Below the pieces are notes generated by a model. It saw nothing but the letters and a program-made list of their open reading frames with translations. It was not told the origin of the DNA and did no database searches. The position numbers and the translations under genes were made by a program. A stretch of DNA of 64,000 nt, from assembly GCA_033763455.1 (NCBI GenBank), contig JANRKO010000020.1, positions 32,001 through 96,000 of the forward strand, in the 5' to 3' direction. The DNA comes from Polyangiaceae bacterium (lineage in GTDB: Bacteria > Myxococcota_A > Polyangia > Polyangiales > Polyangiaceae). How positions within the stretch are numbered: the stretch's first letter is position 1; every line of letters begins with the position of its first letter. Below are positions 9,754 through 20,305 of this stretch, piece by piece.

Positions 9754-10275
9754 TCAAAGTTCACGCAACTCTCCCCCGCTGCGCACTGTCACCCGACCCG
9801 TGCCAAGCTCCAACTCCAGGGTGCGGGATTCATGACCGCCCGTGTCTTCCGCCTTTATCATTACGCCGTTTTTCCAGAGCATTTTGCGGAGAGCGACCAT
9901 ATTGCGCTTGCCGATCTGAAAGACATCCTGCGCCTCGTCCCCAAAGCTTGCTCCACCCGCAACTTTGAGAACCATTCGCGATTTACTTGCACCAAGGGCG
10001 TAGCTACTTTTAAACAACAACGGCAGGCCAGTATCGACAAAAGTCGCTGGGAAGGCTTCCGCGCGGTCGAGAGCAACCTTCGAGTCCGGCATCATGACGT
10101 GCAGCATCCCGCCAACACCCGCCACCTCATCGAACACCGTAATGCCTAAGCAGCTACCCAAAGCGTGAGTGATGATACTTTGAGTACGGTCTTTCGAGAC
10201 CCGAAACTCCGCGATGCCCACCACCAACCGGGATACCGGTTGCAGCAACTGGCTCGAACCGCGCTGTGAATTCAT
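9754..10275 (-). CDS. cheD: Chemoreceptor glutamine deamidase CheD
   Basis: THALGSCLGI, GGMLHVMMP, KVAGGA, IGKRN, EDTGG. Confidence 0.93.
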   Translation of the reverse strand: MNSQRGSSQLLQPVSRLVVGIAEFRVSKDRTQSIITHALGSCLGITVFDEVAGVGGMLHVMMPDSKVALDRAEAFPATFVDTGLPLLFKSSYALGASKSRMVLKVAGGASFGDEAQDVFQIGKRNMVALRKMLWKNGVMIKAEDTGGHESRTLELELGTGRVTVRSGGELREL

Positions 10276-11090
10276 CGCCGATAAACCGCCGGTTCAACGT
10301 AGTGAAAGGGATGCCCCGTTTGGCCCAAGGACTCGCTCATCCCTATGAACAGGAGCCCGCCTGGAGCCAGTAAATCATAAAAGCGACCCACCACCCGAAG
10401 CCGTGTGGGCAGATCGAAGTAGATCATCACATTGCGGCAAAAAATTGCATGAAATGGGCCCCGCATCGGCCAACTTTCCATCAGATTCAGGCGCGCAACG
10501 TGAACACGCTCGCGAAGGGGTGCACGCACCCTATGTCCGGCGGGCACACGCTCGAAGTGTTTGGCTCGGCGCGCCTCATCGACGCCGACAAGCTGATCTT
10601 CATCGTAAATTGCTGCCCGGGCAACGCCGAGTACCCGTGATGAAATGTCTGTGGCCAGGATCCGCGCCTGCCGAAACGCTGAGGGCTCAAGCTGCTCGGC
10701 TAGCAACATGGCGAGCGTGTAGGGCTCCTCGCCGGTAGAGCACCCCGCACTCCAAATGCGCAACGGCTCCTCCGCGGCCGAAACTCCAAACCCCTCTTCC
10801 ACCAAAAGGTCAAAATGGCGAGATTCCCGGAAGAAGTTGGTCTTGTTGGTGGTGAGCACATCCACCATTTCGGCCAGCTCTTTAGGGTCCGCCTCTACGA
10901 GGTCCAAGTAGCTTGAGTAGCTTGCTACCCCTAGAAGCCGCATTCGACGTTGTAGGCGGGTGCCCACTAGGGCCTGCTTTCCATCACGGTACTCAAGCCC
11001 GGCGGCTTCATAGGCAAGATGCGCAACCCGCTCGAATTCAGCTGCGCTGAGAAGATCGCCATTTGCCGACTGAGCGGAAGATGAATTCAA
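10272..11090 (-). CDS. cheR: Chemotaxis methyltransferase CheR
   Basis: [40 protein letters not shown]. Confidence 0.95.
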   Translation of the reverse strand: MNSSSAQSANGDLLSAAEFERVAHLAYEAAGLEYRDGKQALVGTRLQRRMRLLGVASYSSYLDLVEADPKELAEMVDVLTTNKTNFFRESRHFDLLVEEGFGVSAAEEPLRIWSAGCSTGEEPYTLAMLLAEQLEPSAFRQARILATDISSRVLGVARAAIYDEDQLVGVDEARRAKHFERVPAGHRVRAPLRERVHVARLNLMESWPMRGPFHAIFCRNVMIYFDLPTRLRVVGRFYDLLAPGGLLFIGMSESLGQTGHPFHYVEPAVYRR

Positions 11091-13570
11091 TGCGGTAACC
11101 CTGTTCTAGCGATCAGGTCGCGCCGGCGCGCAATAGAGGCAGTCCCCGTAGGCCTTCTTAGGGGGATCACATCCTCTTTGCTCAGCTTGAATGCACCCAC
11201 GAGCTCCTTCATGCTGCGTGCCTGCTCCGAGAGATGCAGGGCAGCGCTGGCGGCCTCTTCGGTGGTTGCCGCCGTGTGTTGAGTGGTTCGAGAAATGTCT
11301 TCTACGCCCAAGTGGATCTGCGAAACCCCTTGGCTTTGAGCCTGGGCGCGCTGGGCGATATCCGACATGATGTCCACCATTCCTGAAACTCCACGGGAGA
11401 TCCCTTCGAACCCTCTCGTCAGTTCCCCGGTGAGGTGCGCCCCCTTCTCCGAGTGCGCCACCGACGCATCAATCAACTCGGCGGTACTTTTCGCAGCGTC
11501 CGCGCTGCGTGTGGCCAGGTTGCGAACTTCTTCCGCAACCACCGCAAACCCTCGGCCCGCCTGCCCGGCTCGCGCTGCTTCCACTGCTGCGTTGAGGGCT
11601 AAAAGGTTGGTCTGGAAGGCTATCTCGTCGATTGTGCGCACGATTTTTGCGGTTTCGGCCGAAGATGCCCGGATCTTCTGCATGGCGTCAGCTACACGCT
11701 CCACAAGCTCTTGACCGCTCGTGGCGCTCCGCCGCGCATCTTCGGCAAATGTACGTCCTTGGTTGGCGCTCACAGCCGTGCTCTGCGAAGCAGAATTGAT
11801 CTCCTGGAGGCTCGCCGAAATTTCCTCTAACGCGCTCGCTTGCTGACTTGAAGCTTGCGCGAGTGACTGGCCACCGTCGGTAATTTCAGCAGCCGCCGCG
11901 GCCACCTGATCCCCAGATTTGCTCACCTCACCGAGTGCCGTGGAAAGAGAGGCCAGGGCCGTGTTGAGAGACTGCTTGATGGCGTCGTAATCCCCTGTGT
12001 AAACGCCTGTCATGCGCACGCTGAGGTCACCCTTTGCCACAGCCTCGAGCACGTCACGGGAGGCGTTGATGGGAGCACTCACTGCCTGCAGCATGGCGTT
12101 CATCCCAGCTAGTAGCTCCCGGTAGACGCCACCCAGATCTTCAGTCTCCGCACGGTTCGACAATGCACCAACTTTGGCCGACTCGATAAGCTGCGCAGTT
12201 CGCTGCACCAGGCGTTCGAGTGCGGCATGGGCCACCAGGAAGCTTCGATTGAGTTCATCTTTTTCCCCCGCCAGCTGGGGCCTCACTGAAAGGTCACCAC
12301 GCCCAAGCGCTTCTGCCACCCGAGCGACCTCGCGTGTGTAATTCGTCGTATCGCGCAGCGCCTCGGCCAACTCCCCCACTTCGTCCGTTCCCTCGTGGGT
12401 CACGCTCTGGCTAAAGTTACCGTGTGAGATAGCGCGAGCCGCAACTGCCATCTGAGCGAGGGGGGCCGCAAAACGCTTACCAATCCACCAGCCCAGAAGC
12501 AGGCAAAGCACAGCCGTGGCTCCGGCTAATATCGCGAGAGCTCGCCGGACGTCTGCGCTTTGACTTAGAGCCTGGTCAGTCGATATCCGAACCATCACAG
12601 TCCACGGCATGCCCGCGAACCCCATGGCCCCTCTGAAATGACTGTACCCGACGACTTGAGGAACCTTCTTCCTCAGGTGTTCCGCGACGAGTGTGCCCTG
12701 CTCCCCCTTCAACGCCTTTCTTATCGCTGCATGGTCCGCCAGTGAGAACTTCAACAACACGCCGCGGTCACGCGCTAGCTCCTTTCCTGCGCCACGAGTT
12801 GGATCATAGTCCACAAGGATTTTGCCCTCACTGTTGGTGAGTACGATATCGGCTCCCGGGAACCCCGCTTCACTGATTTCGGCGTGAGCGGACCGTACAA
12901 TCTCCTCCACCAAGGCCAAATCCGCGGTGTTGTGGACGTAGCCGACCACTTTACCAGAGTCATCGAACATTGGAGCACTGAAAGTCAGGACGTACGCTTC
13001 CCTGCCCAAAACCTGCGCCAACGAATCATCGAAGCGTGCGTCTTCGATGTACGTGCCCGTTGCCTTGTCGTTGCCCGATCCCGCAAAGGGTTGTTGAGTC
13101 GTGAACCTGCCGGCTTGAGTCTCTTGAAACCACTTGGCCCCGCTCAGATCTCGCCCCAATAGCGTCGCGGTCGGCAGAGATTTGCCAGCCGCATCCTTCG
13201 AACTTACTGCCACAACTTTGCCACGAACATCCGTCACTTCTATGAGCAGGTAGACGCCGTAGAGACGAATGTACGTATTGAGCGCGTTTGTCGTCGGGGA
13301 GTCAACCTTGCCCCAATGCTCGGCATTCCTGAGCGTTGCGCTACTTGCGAACGCCTGCACGTCTCCGTAACGCTCAAATATGTTGCGGTCCACTCGGTCT
13401 CCGAGGAGCTTTGAGAAGATCGCAAACCGCGGATCCTCCAGATCATGCTTCTTGGAATCTTCACCTGTGGTAATCGCGATGATGGCCACGGGCACCAAGG
13501 CGAAGAGGCTGAGCACCGCAATGACTTTACGGGCTAACGTCCAACGGAATGCACTTTTTCTTAATGCCAT
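11087..13570 (-). CDS. Membrane methyl-accepting chemotaxis protein (TM-Cache-TM-multiple HAMP-MA)
   Basis: Two TM segments around a Cache-like sensor ([14 protein letters not shown]), several HAMP units, hairpin [20 protein letters not shown]. Start set at MALRK (13570). Confidence 0.92.
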   Translation of the reverse strand: MALRKSAFRWTLARKVIAVLSLFALVPVAIIAITTGEDSKKHDLEDPRFAIFSKLLGDRVDRNIFERYGDVQAFASSATLRNAEHWGKVDSPTTNALNTYIRLYGVYLLIEVTDVRGKVVAVSSKDAAGKSLPTATLLGRDLSGAKWFQETQAGRFTTQQPFAGSGNDKATGTYIEDARFDDSLAQVLGREAYVLTFSAPMFDDSGKVVGYVHNTADLALVEEIVRSAHAEISEAGFPGADIVLTNSEGKILVDYDPTRGAGKELARDRGVLLKFSLADHAAIRKALKGEQGTLVAEHLRKKVPQVVGYSHFRGAMGFAGMPWTVMVRISTDQALSQSADVRRALAILAGATAVLCLLLGWWIGKRFAAPLAQMAVAARAISHGNFSQSVTHEGTDEVGELAEALRDTTNYTREVARVAEALGRGDLSVRPQLAGEKDELNRSFLVAHAALERLVQRTAQLIESAKVGALSNRAETEDLGGVYRELLAGMNAMLQAVSAPINASRDVLEAVAKGDLSVRMTGVYTGDYDAIKQSLNTALASLSTALGEVSKSGDQVAAAAAEITDGGQSLAQASSQQASALEEISASLQEINSASQSTAVSANQGRTFAEDARRSATSGQELVERVADAMQKIRASSAETAKIVRTIDEIAFQTNLLALNAAVEAARAGQAGRGFAVVAEEVRNLATRSADAAKSTAELIDASVAHSEKGAHLTGELTRGFEGISRGVSGMVDIMSDIAQRAQAQSQGVSQIHLGVEDISRTTQHTAATTEEAASAALHLSEQARSMKELVGAFKLSKEDVIPLRRPTGTASIARRRDLIARTGLPH

Positions 13571-13580
13571 CTCGGTGCTC

Positions 13581-15254
13581 CTAGAAATCCAGCAGGCCAT
13601 CTTGGCCTTCATCGTCGTCAAACGGGATTAGCTTTGCGGCTGCGTTGCCTGTCGCCTTGCTGAGGGTTTGATTGCGCTCGGGTGCTCTTGGCTTGGGCGG
13701 CACACTCTTCGGAGGTGGCGAGCTTCTGCGAGTCCCCGTGCTGGCACGAAGTGGCACTCGTAGCGCAGACGGCTCACGCGCGGGGGCGTACCCCTCGCCA
13801 CTCAAAGAAAAGCCGGCAAGTAGCCGCGCGATATCCCCACTCTGACTAGTGAGCTCTTGGGCAGCTGCGGCCGACTCTTCCATCGCCGCTGCCGTCTGCT
13901 GGCTCGACCTAGACATCGATTCGACAGTCGCTCCTATCAGGGCCACACTCTGGCTTTGCTGCTCGGTGGCCAGCGCTATTTCCGCCATGACTTCCACCAC
14001 CGCACCCACGCGTGAAGTAATCTCTTGAAATCCGGCAACGGCCGCTGCATTCAACTTAACGCCGTCTTCGGCGCTCCGAACTGACTCATCGATCATTCGC
14101 GACGTATCCCGCGCTGCCTCGGCACTCCGCATAGCCAGAGCTCGCACCTCTTCGGCGACTACGGCAAATCCGCGCCCCGCGTCACCCGCCCGAGCCGCTT
14201 CCACTGCGGCATTGAGCGCAAGAAGATTCGTTTGGAACGCGATCTCATCGATGACACGAATAACCTTCGCCGTCTGGGTGGCGGTCGCTCGAATGCGCTC
14301 CGTAGCCAGCGACATTTTGGCGAGATCCGCGGCCCCTAGCACAGCGCTGTCGCGAGCACCCTCGGCCAGCCCTCGAGCTTGTTGAGCATTGGCCGCGTTT
14401 CGTTTGCCGCTTCCCATTACCTCCTGGAGGTTAGAGGTGATCTCTTCAAGCGCAGCGGCACCCTCGCTCGTCGCTTTGGCAACCACCTGCGCGCCCAAAT
14501 TGATTTCAGCAGCTGCCCCCGCAAGGCTCTGCCCGGTGAGGGCTACCTGACTGAGAACCTGATCGATGGTCTCTGCCGCTTGATTTAAGGCATCCATGAC
14601 CTCTCGATCCTCAGCGAAAGCTTCTCCCCGAACGGTGAAGTCACCCGTGGCCAGGGCTCGGGCAACTATGCCAAACTCGGCAAGAATTCGCGTCCGCTCA
14701 GCACGCGCGGACTCAACATTCGCAAGCTGTGCTGCCTCTCGCGACATACGTTGCGCAAAAGCAGCAACTATTGCAGCATCTGCTTGAAACACGCAAAAAA
14801 GAGCTTCCCGAAACCGAACCAGAGAGGCTCCTTTAACACCCGCGGCCGACGCGGTGGCAAGAAGCCCGTCCTTTAGATCAGTCTGTGCATCCAACAGCCA
14901 GAACCTGTGGTCGCAATCAGAGAGGCGCACCAGTTTCTCACGCGTAGCGAGGGCCCCATCACCAAACGTTCCAGCGAAAATCGAGTCAAGATACGCAGGC
15001 AATTGCCCCCGAGCTTCATCTTGTGCTTTCACGTCCGCCCCGAGCCTGCGGTCACGCTCTAAACGAGCCACCACGCTCCAGCTCAACTCCGCGAAACACC
15101 CCTGAACCGTCGCCCTATGAGTAGCAAGCTCATGCAGAGCCATCGGCAGGCCCGGATGAAACGCCAGAAGCGCAGCAACAGTCGAATCTGACACCCGCAC
15201 CTCCGGCAGCGCGGTGATAGCCTGGTGAGCTCGGAAGAAAAACCAATTAAACAC
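13581..15254 (-). CDS. Soluble MCP with N-terminal protoglobin-like domain and acidic C-terminal tail
   Basis: No clear TM; MA hairpin [20 protein letters not shown]; ends in a Pro-rich linker plus [15 protein letters not shown]. True start may be about 60 bp downstream. Confidence 0.88.
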   Translation of the reverse strand: MFNWFFFRAHQAITALPEVRVSDSTVAALLAFHPGLPMALHELATHRATVQGCFAELSWSVVARLERDRRLGADVKAQDEARGQLPAYLDSIFAGTFGDGALATREKLVRLSDCDHRFWLLDAQTDLKDGLLATASAAGVKGASLVRFREALFCVFQADAAIVAAFAQRMSREAAQLANVESARAERTRILAEFGIVARALATGDFTVRGEAFAEDREVMDALNQAAETIDQVLSQVALTGQSLAGAAAEINLGAQVVAKATSEGAAALEEITSNLQEVMGSGKRNAANAQQARGLAEGARDSAVLGAADLAKMSLATERIRATATQTAKVIRVIDEIAFQTNLLALNAAVEAARAGDAGRGFAVVAEEVRALAMRSAEAARDTSRMIDESVRSAEDGVKLNAAAVAGFQEITSRVGAVVEVMAEIALATEQQSQSVALIGATVESMSRSSQQTAAAMEESAAAAQELTSQSGDIARLLAGFSLSGEGYAPAREPSALRVPLRASTGTRRSSPPPKSVPPKPRAPERNQTLSKATGNAAAKLIPFDDDEGQDGLLDF

Positions 15255-15257
15255 AGC

Positions 15258-15752
15258 TCAATGCCCTTTCCCGCCGGCTACTCGTGCGGGCTCTTCGGTC
15301 GCAAGGATGCGATCTATATCGAGTATCAACCGCACCCGACCCTCTTGCTTGGCGACCCCCAACAGATATGAAGTATCTACGGACACTCCAAATTCAGGCG
15401 AAGGCGCGATCTCGCCAGGCGCCAGTGTCACCACCTCGGACACGCGGTCCACTAGAAGACCAACTTCCCGGCCACGAGACACGACGACCACAATGCACGT
15501 CTCTCGAGTTGCAGCAGCACGTGCCATCCCGAAGCGGCAGCGCAAGTCTATCACGCTAATAATCTTGCCACGCAAGTTAACCACACCGGCAACATATTTA
15601 GCCACCCGTGGCACCACCGTGATTGGCATACTCCCCACAATTTCCTGCACCGCTAGAATCCCAAGCGCGTACTCTTCCGCACCCAAGAAGAAGGATAGGT
15701 ATTGCTCTCCGTGAGGGGAGGAATTGTCGCTCGGTGCAAGTTCGGTGCTCAT
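15258..15752 (-). CDS. cheW: Chemotaxis coupling protein CheW
   Basis: YLSFFLGAEEYAL, GVVNLRGKIISVIDLR, GLLVDRV. Confidence 0.95.
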   Translation of the reverse strand: MSTELAPSDNSSPHGEQYLSFFLGAEEYALGILAVQEIVGSMPITVVPRVAKYVAGVVNLRGKIISVIDLRCRFGMARAAATRETCIVVVVSRGREVGLLVDRVSEVVTLAPGEIAPSPEFGVSVDTSYLLGVAKQEGRVRLILDIDRILATEEPARVAGGKGH

Positions 15753-15764
15753 GTTCGTCTCCCA

Positions 15765-17639
15765 CTAGCTAGCCAACGACAAGGGAACGTTGGCCTCATT
15801 TCGAGCGAGCAGCTTCAGCTCTGGTGGGTCTAAAATGAGCCCCACCCGGCCATCACCAAGAATCGCTCCGCCTGAGACGCCATCCACATGCCCCATCGTT
15901 TCCCCTAGGGCCTTTGCCACCACCTGTTGTTGACCTAAGATCTCATCCACCATCAGCGCGCAACGCCCATCAGAATCCGACAGAACCAGTAGGATTGCTT
16001 GGCTTGGATCCGTCTCCGCATCGGGCACATCGTACAAGCGATGCAAGCGGAACACTGGAATCAACTCCCCGCGCAACATCAGCATTTCTCCCCGCCCGGC
16101 AACGCTCGACAACATCGATGGTGTGGGCCGGAGGCTAAGCTGAATATTAACCATCGGCACCAGGTAGCGCTCACTCCCCACTCGCACCAACATACCCTCT
16201 GTAATCGCGAGAGTTAAGGGTACGAAAATGCTAAACGTGGTGCCACGTCCCAGGGTGGAGCTGATATCGATTCTCCCTTTCAGAGATTCGACACTGCGCC
16301 GCACCACATCCATCCCCACCCCACGCCCAGAGAGATCTGTAACCTGCTGTGCTGTGGAAAAACCAGGCGCAAAAATCAGGTCATAAACCGACGCATCGCT
16401 CATGCCGGCTCCGCTCTCAATCAGCCCCTTAGAAATCGCCTTGGCGATCAGTCGCTCACGGTCGAGCCCACCGCCATCATCCGAGAGCTCCACGACAACG
16501 TTGCCGCCGGCGTGAAACGCTCGCAGCAAAATCTCTCCGTCGCGGGGTTTGCCCGCCCGAGCGCGCTCTTCCGGCGTTTCAATCCCATGATCCACCGCGT
16601 TTCGAAGCATGTGCACCAGAGGATCCGCCAGAACGTCCACCATGTTGCGGTCGATATCTGTATCTTCCCCTTCAGTGCGCAGGCGAACCGCTTTGCCGCT
16701 TTTTACGGAAGCATCCCGCACCACACGGCCAAGCCGCTGGAAGGCCGCACGCAGAGGCACCATCCGGAGCGCCAGGCTGAGCTCTTGCAATTCGCGCACG
16801 ATTTTGCCGGCATGGTTCACCTTCTTCTGCAGCTCAACCTGCCCGGGGCGCCCGAGGGTTTCGTCCTGCGAGACCATGGATTGCGCAATCACCAGTTCGC
16901 CTACCATGTCGATCAAGCGATCAAGTCGATCCGTCCTCACCCGCACTGAAGCCTCCTGAGCCGCCGCTGCCTCTCGGCGCACGGGTGCTTCGGCGACGGG
17001 TGCTTCCGCAGTGCTAGATGCTGGCCTCTGAACTGCGGTCGGGGCTGGTTTGAGTACTCCTGGTTCCGCTACAGAGGACGCTGGCGCCACTACCCCGTGT
17101 GCCCTTTCTTGTAGCTCTGCCGTCAGCCCTGCGAGGCCCTGCGGAAGGTAAGCTGGCCCGCCGCTAGTCGCCGATTGCACGGCCTCCACCAGCGCCTTGA
17201 GGGCGTCCAGGGAACGGAGGGCGAGCTGTGGCACAACTCCCGTGAAGTTGAGCTCCCGATCGCGCACCTTGCTCATGAGCGACTCGGCCACGTGTGCAAA
17301 GTGCGCTATCACGTCGATGCCAAGCATTGCAGCGACGCCTTTCACGGTATGAAATGCTCGAAATACCGTCCCGACAGCTTCCATATCGTCGGGGTCCTGT
17401 TCCAAAGACAAGAGTGCCGTCTCGGCCTGGGCTAAGTACTCGCGTGATTCGGTAAGGAACTCGGAAACCAACTCCTGATCACGGTCAGCGGGCAGCACTA
17501 AGCGCTCTCGGAGCTCTTCCTTTGCCACCATGGCTTCCGAACTCTCGGACTCATCGAGCCAGTTTGGCTCCGAACCTGTGGTTACCCGAGGGGGGGGTTC
17601 GGGCGCCGTGGGTTTGGAAGGGGGTGTTTTTCTTGCCAC
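15765..17639 (-). CDS. cheA: Chemotaxis histidine kinase CheA (no P2 domain)
   Basis: P1 FRAFHTVKG, P3 VRVRTDRLDRLIDMVGELVI, P4 RNAVDHGIE/SGRGVGMDVV, single P5. Confidence 0.95.
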   Translation of the reverse strand: MARKTPPSKPTAPEPPPRVTTGSEPNWLDESESSEAMVAKEELRERLVLPADRDQELVSEFLTESREYLAQAETALLSLEQDPDDMEAVGTVFRAFHTVKGVAAMLGIDVIAHFAHVAESLMSKVRDRELNFTGVVPQLALRSLDALKALVEAVQSATSGGPAYLPQGLAGLTAELQERAHGVVAPASSVAEPGVLKPAPTAVQRPASSTAEAPVAEAPVRREAAAAQEASVRVRTDRLDRLIDMVGELVIAQSMVSQDETLGRPGQVELQKKVNHAGKIVRELQELSLALRMVPLRAAFQRLGRVVRDASVKSGKAVRLRTEGEDTDIDRNMVDVLADPLVHMLRNAVDHGIETPEERARAGKPRDGEILLRAFHAGGNVVVELSDDGGGLDRERLIAKAISKGLIESGAGMSDASVYDLIFAPGFSTAQQVTDLSGRGVGMDVVRRSVESLKGRIDISSTLGRGTTFSIFVPLTLAITEGMLVRVGSERYLVPMVNIQLSLRPTPSMLSSVAGRGEMLMLRGELIPVFRLHRLYDVPDAETDPSQAILLVLSDSDGRCALMVDEILGQQQVVAKALGETMGHVDGVSGGAILGDGRVGLILDPPELKLLARNEANVPLSLAS

Positions 17640-17669
17640 GCAAACCTCGAAAAAGGGGGTGTAGGGTTA

Positions 17670-17696
17670 CGAACGGCTGATCCGGACGTGTGTTAA
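17670..17696 (-). promoter_or_regulatory. Putative sigma28-like promoter
   Basis: Minus strand reads TTAA-N15-GCCGTTCG, 31 bp upstream of cheA. Confidence 0.45.
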
Positions 17697-17784
17697 GGTG
17701 CTGTTCTTTGTCTAAGTTCTGGCTTTCTCCGTGGCCAAGCCTTAACTCGAACCAAACACCAGCCGCTTACCTGGCAAGGCAAAC

Positions 17785-18189
17785 ATGGGGACAGCTAGAT
17801 TTGGCACTTTTCTGGTAGAACGCGGCGCGGTGACCGCGACGGATATCATGCAGGCTCTCGACGAGCAGTCGCGAAGGCGGCCCGTGCTGGGGCGCTTAGC
17901 GATCAAGCACGGATACCTAACGGTGGCGCAAGTGTTCCAGGTTTTGAACCAACAGGCGGATACCGGGCTCAAATTCGGCGAACAAGCCATGCGCCTCGGG
18001 TACCTCAAGGATGCAGACGTCTACAGCCTCCTCCAGCTACAGCGCAGTGAAACTCCGCGCATGAGCGATCTTCTAGTACAGCTTGGCAAGATCTCTGAGC
18101 CCGCTCTCAGAGCAGCGCGACTCGCGTACGAACGTGAAGTTCCCGAGGCAGACCAAGGATCCACCAGAGGCGACGAACTCCGATTCTAG
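17785..18189 (+). CDS. Small protein made of four MshEN-like (GSPII N-terminal) repeats
   Basis: RFGTFLVERGAVTATDIMQALDEQ / VLGRLAIKHGYLTVAQVFQVLNQQ / KFGEQAMRLGYLKDADVYSLLQLQ / RMSDLLVQLGKISEPALRAA. Confidence 0.75.
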   Translation: MGTARFGTFLVERGAVTATDIMQALDEQSRRRPVLGRLAIKHGYLTVAQVFQVLNQQADTGLKFGEQAMRLGYLKDADVYSLLQLQRSETPRMSDLLVQLGKISEPALRAARLAYEREVPEADQGSTRGDELRF

Positions 18190-18193
18190 AGGA

Positions 18194-18676
18194 TCATGCC
18201 GCGCCCTTCTTTGACAACACTCGAAATCGCAGGCTCGCGTCGACCTCGCCCTCCTCTAGTGCAACCCTGACGTTTGCGTCGCCACTGGGAAGCTCCTCCC
18301 CGAGGGCAAGGATGCGCGGCGACATCAAATCAAACACGGCTTGGCCGCCAGCGATGAGCGGCAAAACGTTACCGCACACGATGTTGGCAAGCTCACGCAA
18401 AGCATCTTGTTGAACCGTTTCGGACTCGACGTCATCATCCCCCAGCATTGCCGAAGCGATGGGAGCGAGCATACTTGGCGCCACCGAAATCCAGAGCGTT
18501 CCCTCAGCTGGGCCAATGAACTCCACTGCCACCGCAACGCTTCCCCTCGGCAAGTCGGCCAGAGCGACACCGTTCGTGCCCGGAGGCGGGACGCTCGGTT
18601 GAGGCAGCATGAAGCAAAGGCCTTCAAAAACCTGATAAACGGATTGCGTAAGAGCGGACGCCCAAGCCTGATTCAT
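18194..18676 (-). CDS. cheX: CheX-family phosphatase
   Basis: VEFIGPAEGTL, DALRELANIVCGN (ExxN), FDLMSP. Start trimmed to MNQAW. Confidence 0.85.
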   Translation of the reverse strand: MNQAWASALTQSVYQVFEGLCFMLPQPSVPPPGTNGVALADLPRGSVAVAVEFIGPAEGTLWISVAPSMLAPIASAMLGDDDVESETVQQDALRELANIVCGNVLPLIAGGQAVFDLMSPRILALGEELPSGDANVRVALEEGEVDASLRFRVLSKKGAA

Positions 18677-18680
18677 GTTG

Positions 18681-19061
18681 TTAGCCTCCCGTCGTGGCCG
18701 AAATAATAGCGTCCACGAGCACCTCGGGGCCAAAGGGCTTCCGTATGAACGTGGCCCCTAACTGGCGGAATAGTTCGATGCGGGCCTCACTACCCTCCGT
18801 GGACACCATAATGACGGGAAGCTCTGCCAACTTAGCATTAGCCCGAATGCGCCTTACCAATTCCTCCCCATTCATCCCGGGCATATTAACGTCAAAGAGC
18901 CCTAGATTAATGTCCGCTTCGCGCGTCAAGACGTCCAGCGCTTCTTGCCCTTCGCAGGCCTCGTGTACTCGCCCAATCGGCAAGTTACTCATCCCCAAGA
19001 CCCGGATGAGCATTTTGCGCATCACCGGGCTATCATCTACCACCAGCACCTGATAACTCAT
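18681..19061 (-). CDS. cheY: CheY-like response regulator
   Basis: VLVVDDSPVMRKM, FDVNMP, MVSTEG, RKPF. Start trimmed to MSYQ. Confidence 0.88.
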   Translation of the reverse strand: MSYQVLVVDDSPVMRKMLIRVLGMSNLPIGRVHEACEGQEALDVLTREADINLGLFDVNMPGMNGEELVRRIRANAKLAELPVIMVSTEGSEARIELFRQLGATFIRKPFGPEVLVDAIISATTGG

Positions 19062-19116
19062 CGTTCGTTTCCTTCCCAAAGAACTCGCGCCAAAGCTCCC
19101 ACTCTCCCCCGTACTG

Positions 19117-19602
19117 TCATCGGCGCCCAAGTTCGATGATGTCTTCCGTTGAGAGGATGGCGTCTATGTCGAGCAACAAACGAACCTTGCCGTTTGCCTT
19201 GCATATGCCCAAGAAATATTCAGCAGCCATGCCACTTCCGAGATCTACCATCGCTTCGGTATCTGCGGAGGTGACGTCCCTCACCTCGGAAACGGTGTCG
19301 ACAACGATGCCGAGCTCCATATCTGGCCGACGCACAACGATAATACACGTTTCGCGGCTCGCTTCGCGGGGTGGCATGGAGAACTTCGCACGCAAGTCGA
19401 TTACAGGAATAATCTTGCCGCGGAGATTAATCACACCTTGCATGAACGAAGGGGTTCCGGGCACGGGCGTAACCGGCATCATTCCGATAATCTCTCGCAC
19501 CTTGAGGATGGCGATGCCGTACTCCTCGGCTCCAAGAAAAAAGGAGAGATATTTGCCTTCCAGGCCGGGCTTCCGTGGGCTGGTGGACGCGTTTTCGGTC
19601 AT
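19117..19602 (-). CDS. cheW: Chemotaxis coupling protein CheW
   Basis: KYLSFFLGAEEYGI, GVINLRGKIIPVIDLR, GIVVDTVSEV. Confidence 0.95.
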   Translation of the reverse strand: MTENASTSPRKPGLEGKYLSFFLGAEEYGIAILKVREIIGMMPVTPVPGTPSFMQGVINLRGKIIPVIDLRAKFSMPPREASRETCIIVVRRPDMELGIVVDTVSEVRDVTSADTEAMVDLGSGMAAEYFLGICKANGKVRLLLDIDAILSTEDIIELGRR

Positions 19603-19666
19603 GCTGTCGCCATTTCGTTGAAGGCCCTTGTCAACCTTACCTTAGAAGCAATAAGCGCTCGCAGAA

Positions 19667-19693
19667 CAAGCGGCCGCCTGAAACTTAAGTTTA
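19667..19693 (-). promoter_or_regulatory. Putative sigma28-like promoter of the cheW-cheY-cheX unit
   Basis: Minus strand reads TAAA-N15-GCCGCTTG, 65 bp upstream of cheW. Confidence 0.5.
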
Positions 19694-19726
19694 GGATTCA
19701 TGGACTTAAGTTTAGGATTCATGGAC
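19683..19726. repeat. Perfect 21-bp tandem duplication
   Basis: ACTTAAGTTTAGGATTCATGG at 19683-19703 and 19704-19724, followed by AC. Confidence 0.95.
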
Positions 19727-19870
19727 GGAGCCCGGTGCAGGCAAAGCTGCTACTTCCAACCACACCAAAGCGCAGTTGCCGATGCGTTGACGGTCCCTAT
19801 CTCAAAGTGACACGTCGCTGACGCACACACGCCGTTCCCCACCCACCATCCAGCCTACAGGCCGACATCT

Positions 19871-20236
19871 TCAGCCTCCCAAAATCGGCTGGAGCGCCTC
19901 TTGAAAAGCCTCCGGTGTGAAAGGTTTGGCAATCAGAAACTTCGCTCCGGCCGAAGCCGCCTGTTGGCGCATTTCGACAGTTCCTTCCGAAGTGACGAAC
20001 CCAAACGTAACTTTCACGTCCCGTTCACGCAGCGTTTCGAGCAGCTGAATGCCCGTCATGTTTGGCATATTCCAATCACAAAGAACCAGGTGCGGCAGCT
20101 TCTCCTCGATAGCCTTGAGGCCTTCCAACCCATCACCAGCCTCTCGAATATCGTGTTCTCCAAGGCCCGCCTGGCGCAACGTTTTCCGCACAATCATGCG
20201 CATGGCCTTGCTGTCATCAATAATCAATATATCCAT
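19871..20236 (-). CDS. cheY: Single-domain response regulator, CheY-like (paralog B)
   Basis: 19 differences in 121 aa from 3597-3962 by manual count; GGAGG RBS. Confidence 0.88.
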   Translation of the reverse strand: MDILIIDDSKAMRMIVRKTLRQAGLGEHDIREAGDGLEGLKAIEEKLPHLVLCDWNMPNMTGIQLLETLRERDVKVTFGFVTSEGTVEMRQQAASAGAKFLIAKPFTPEAFQEALQPILGG

Positions 20237-20251
20237 CTTGCCCTCCAGAAA

Positions 20252-20277
20252 TCTCTAACCGTCTCTAACCGTCTCTA
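20252..20277. repeat. Short tandem repeat (TCTCTAACCG x ~2.5) in the cheY leader
   Basis: tctctaaccg tctctaaccg tctcta. Confidence 0.8.
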
Positions 20278-20305
20278 CGAACGGACGGAGCACACCACAT
20301 CTTCA
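20278..20305 (-). promoter_or_regulatory. Putative sigma28-like promoter
   Basis: Minus strand reads TGAAG-N15-TCCGTTCG upstream of cheY paralog B. Confidence 0.35.

Noticed and set aside
19683..19726. Possible mini-CRISPR array
   Set aside because: Two abutting copies with no spacer, and no cas genes in the window.
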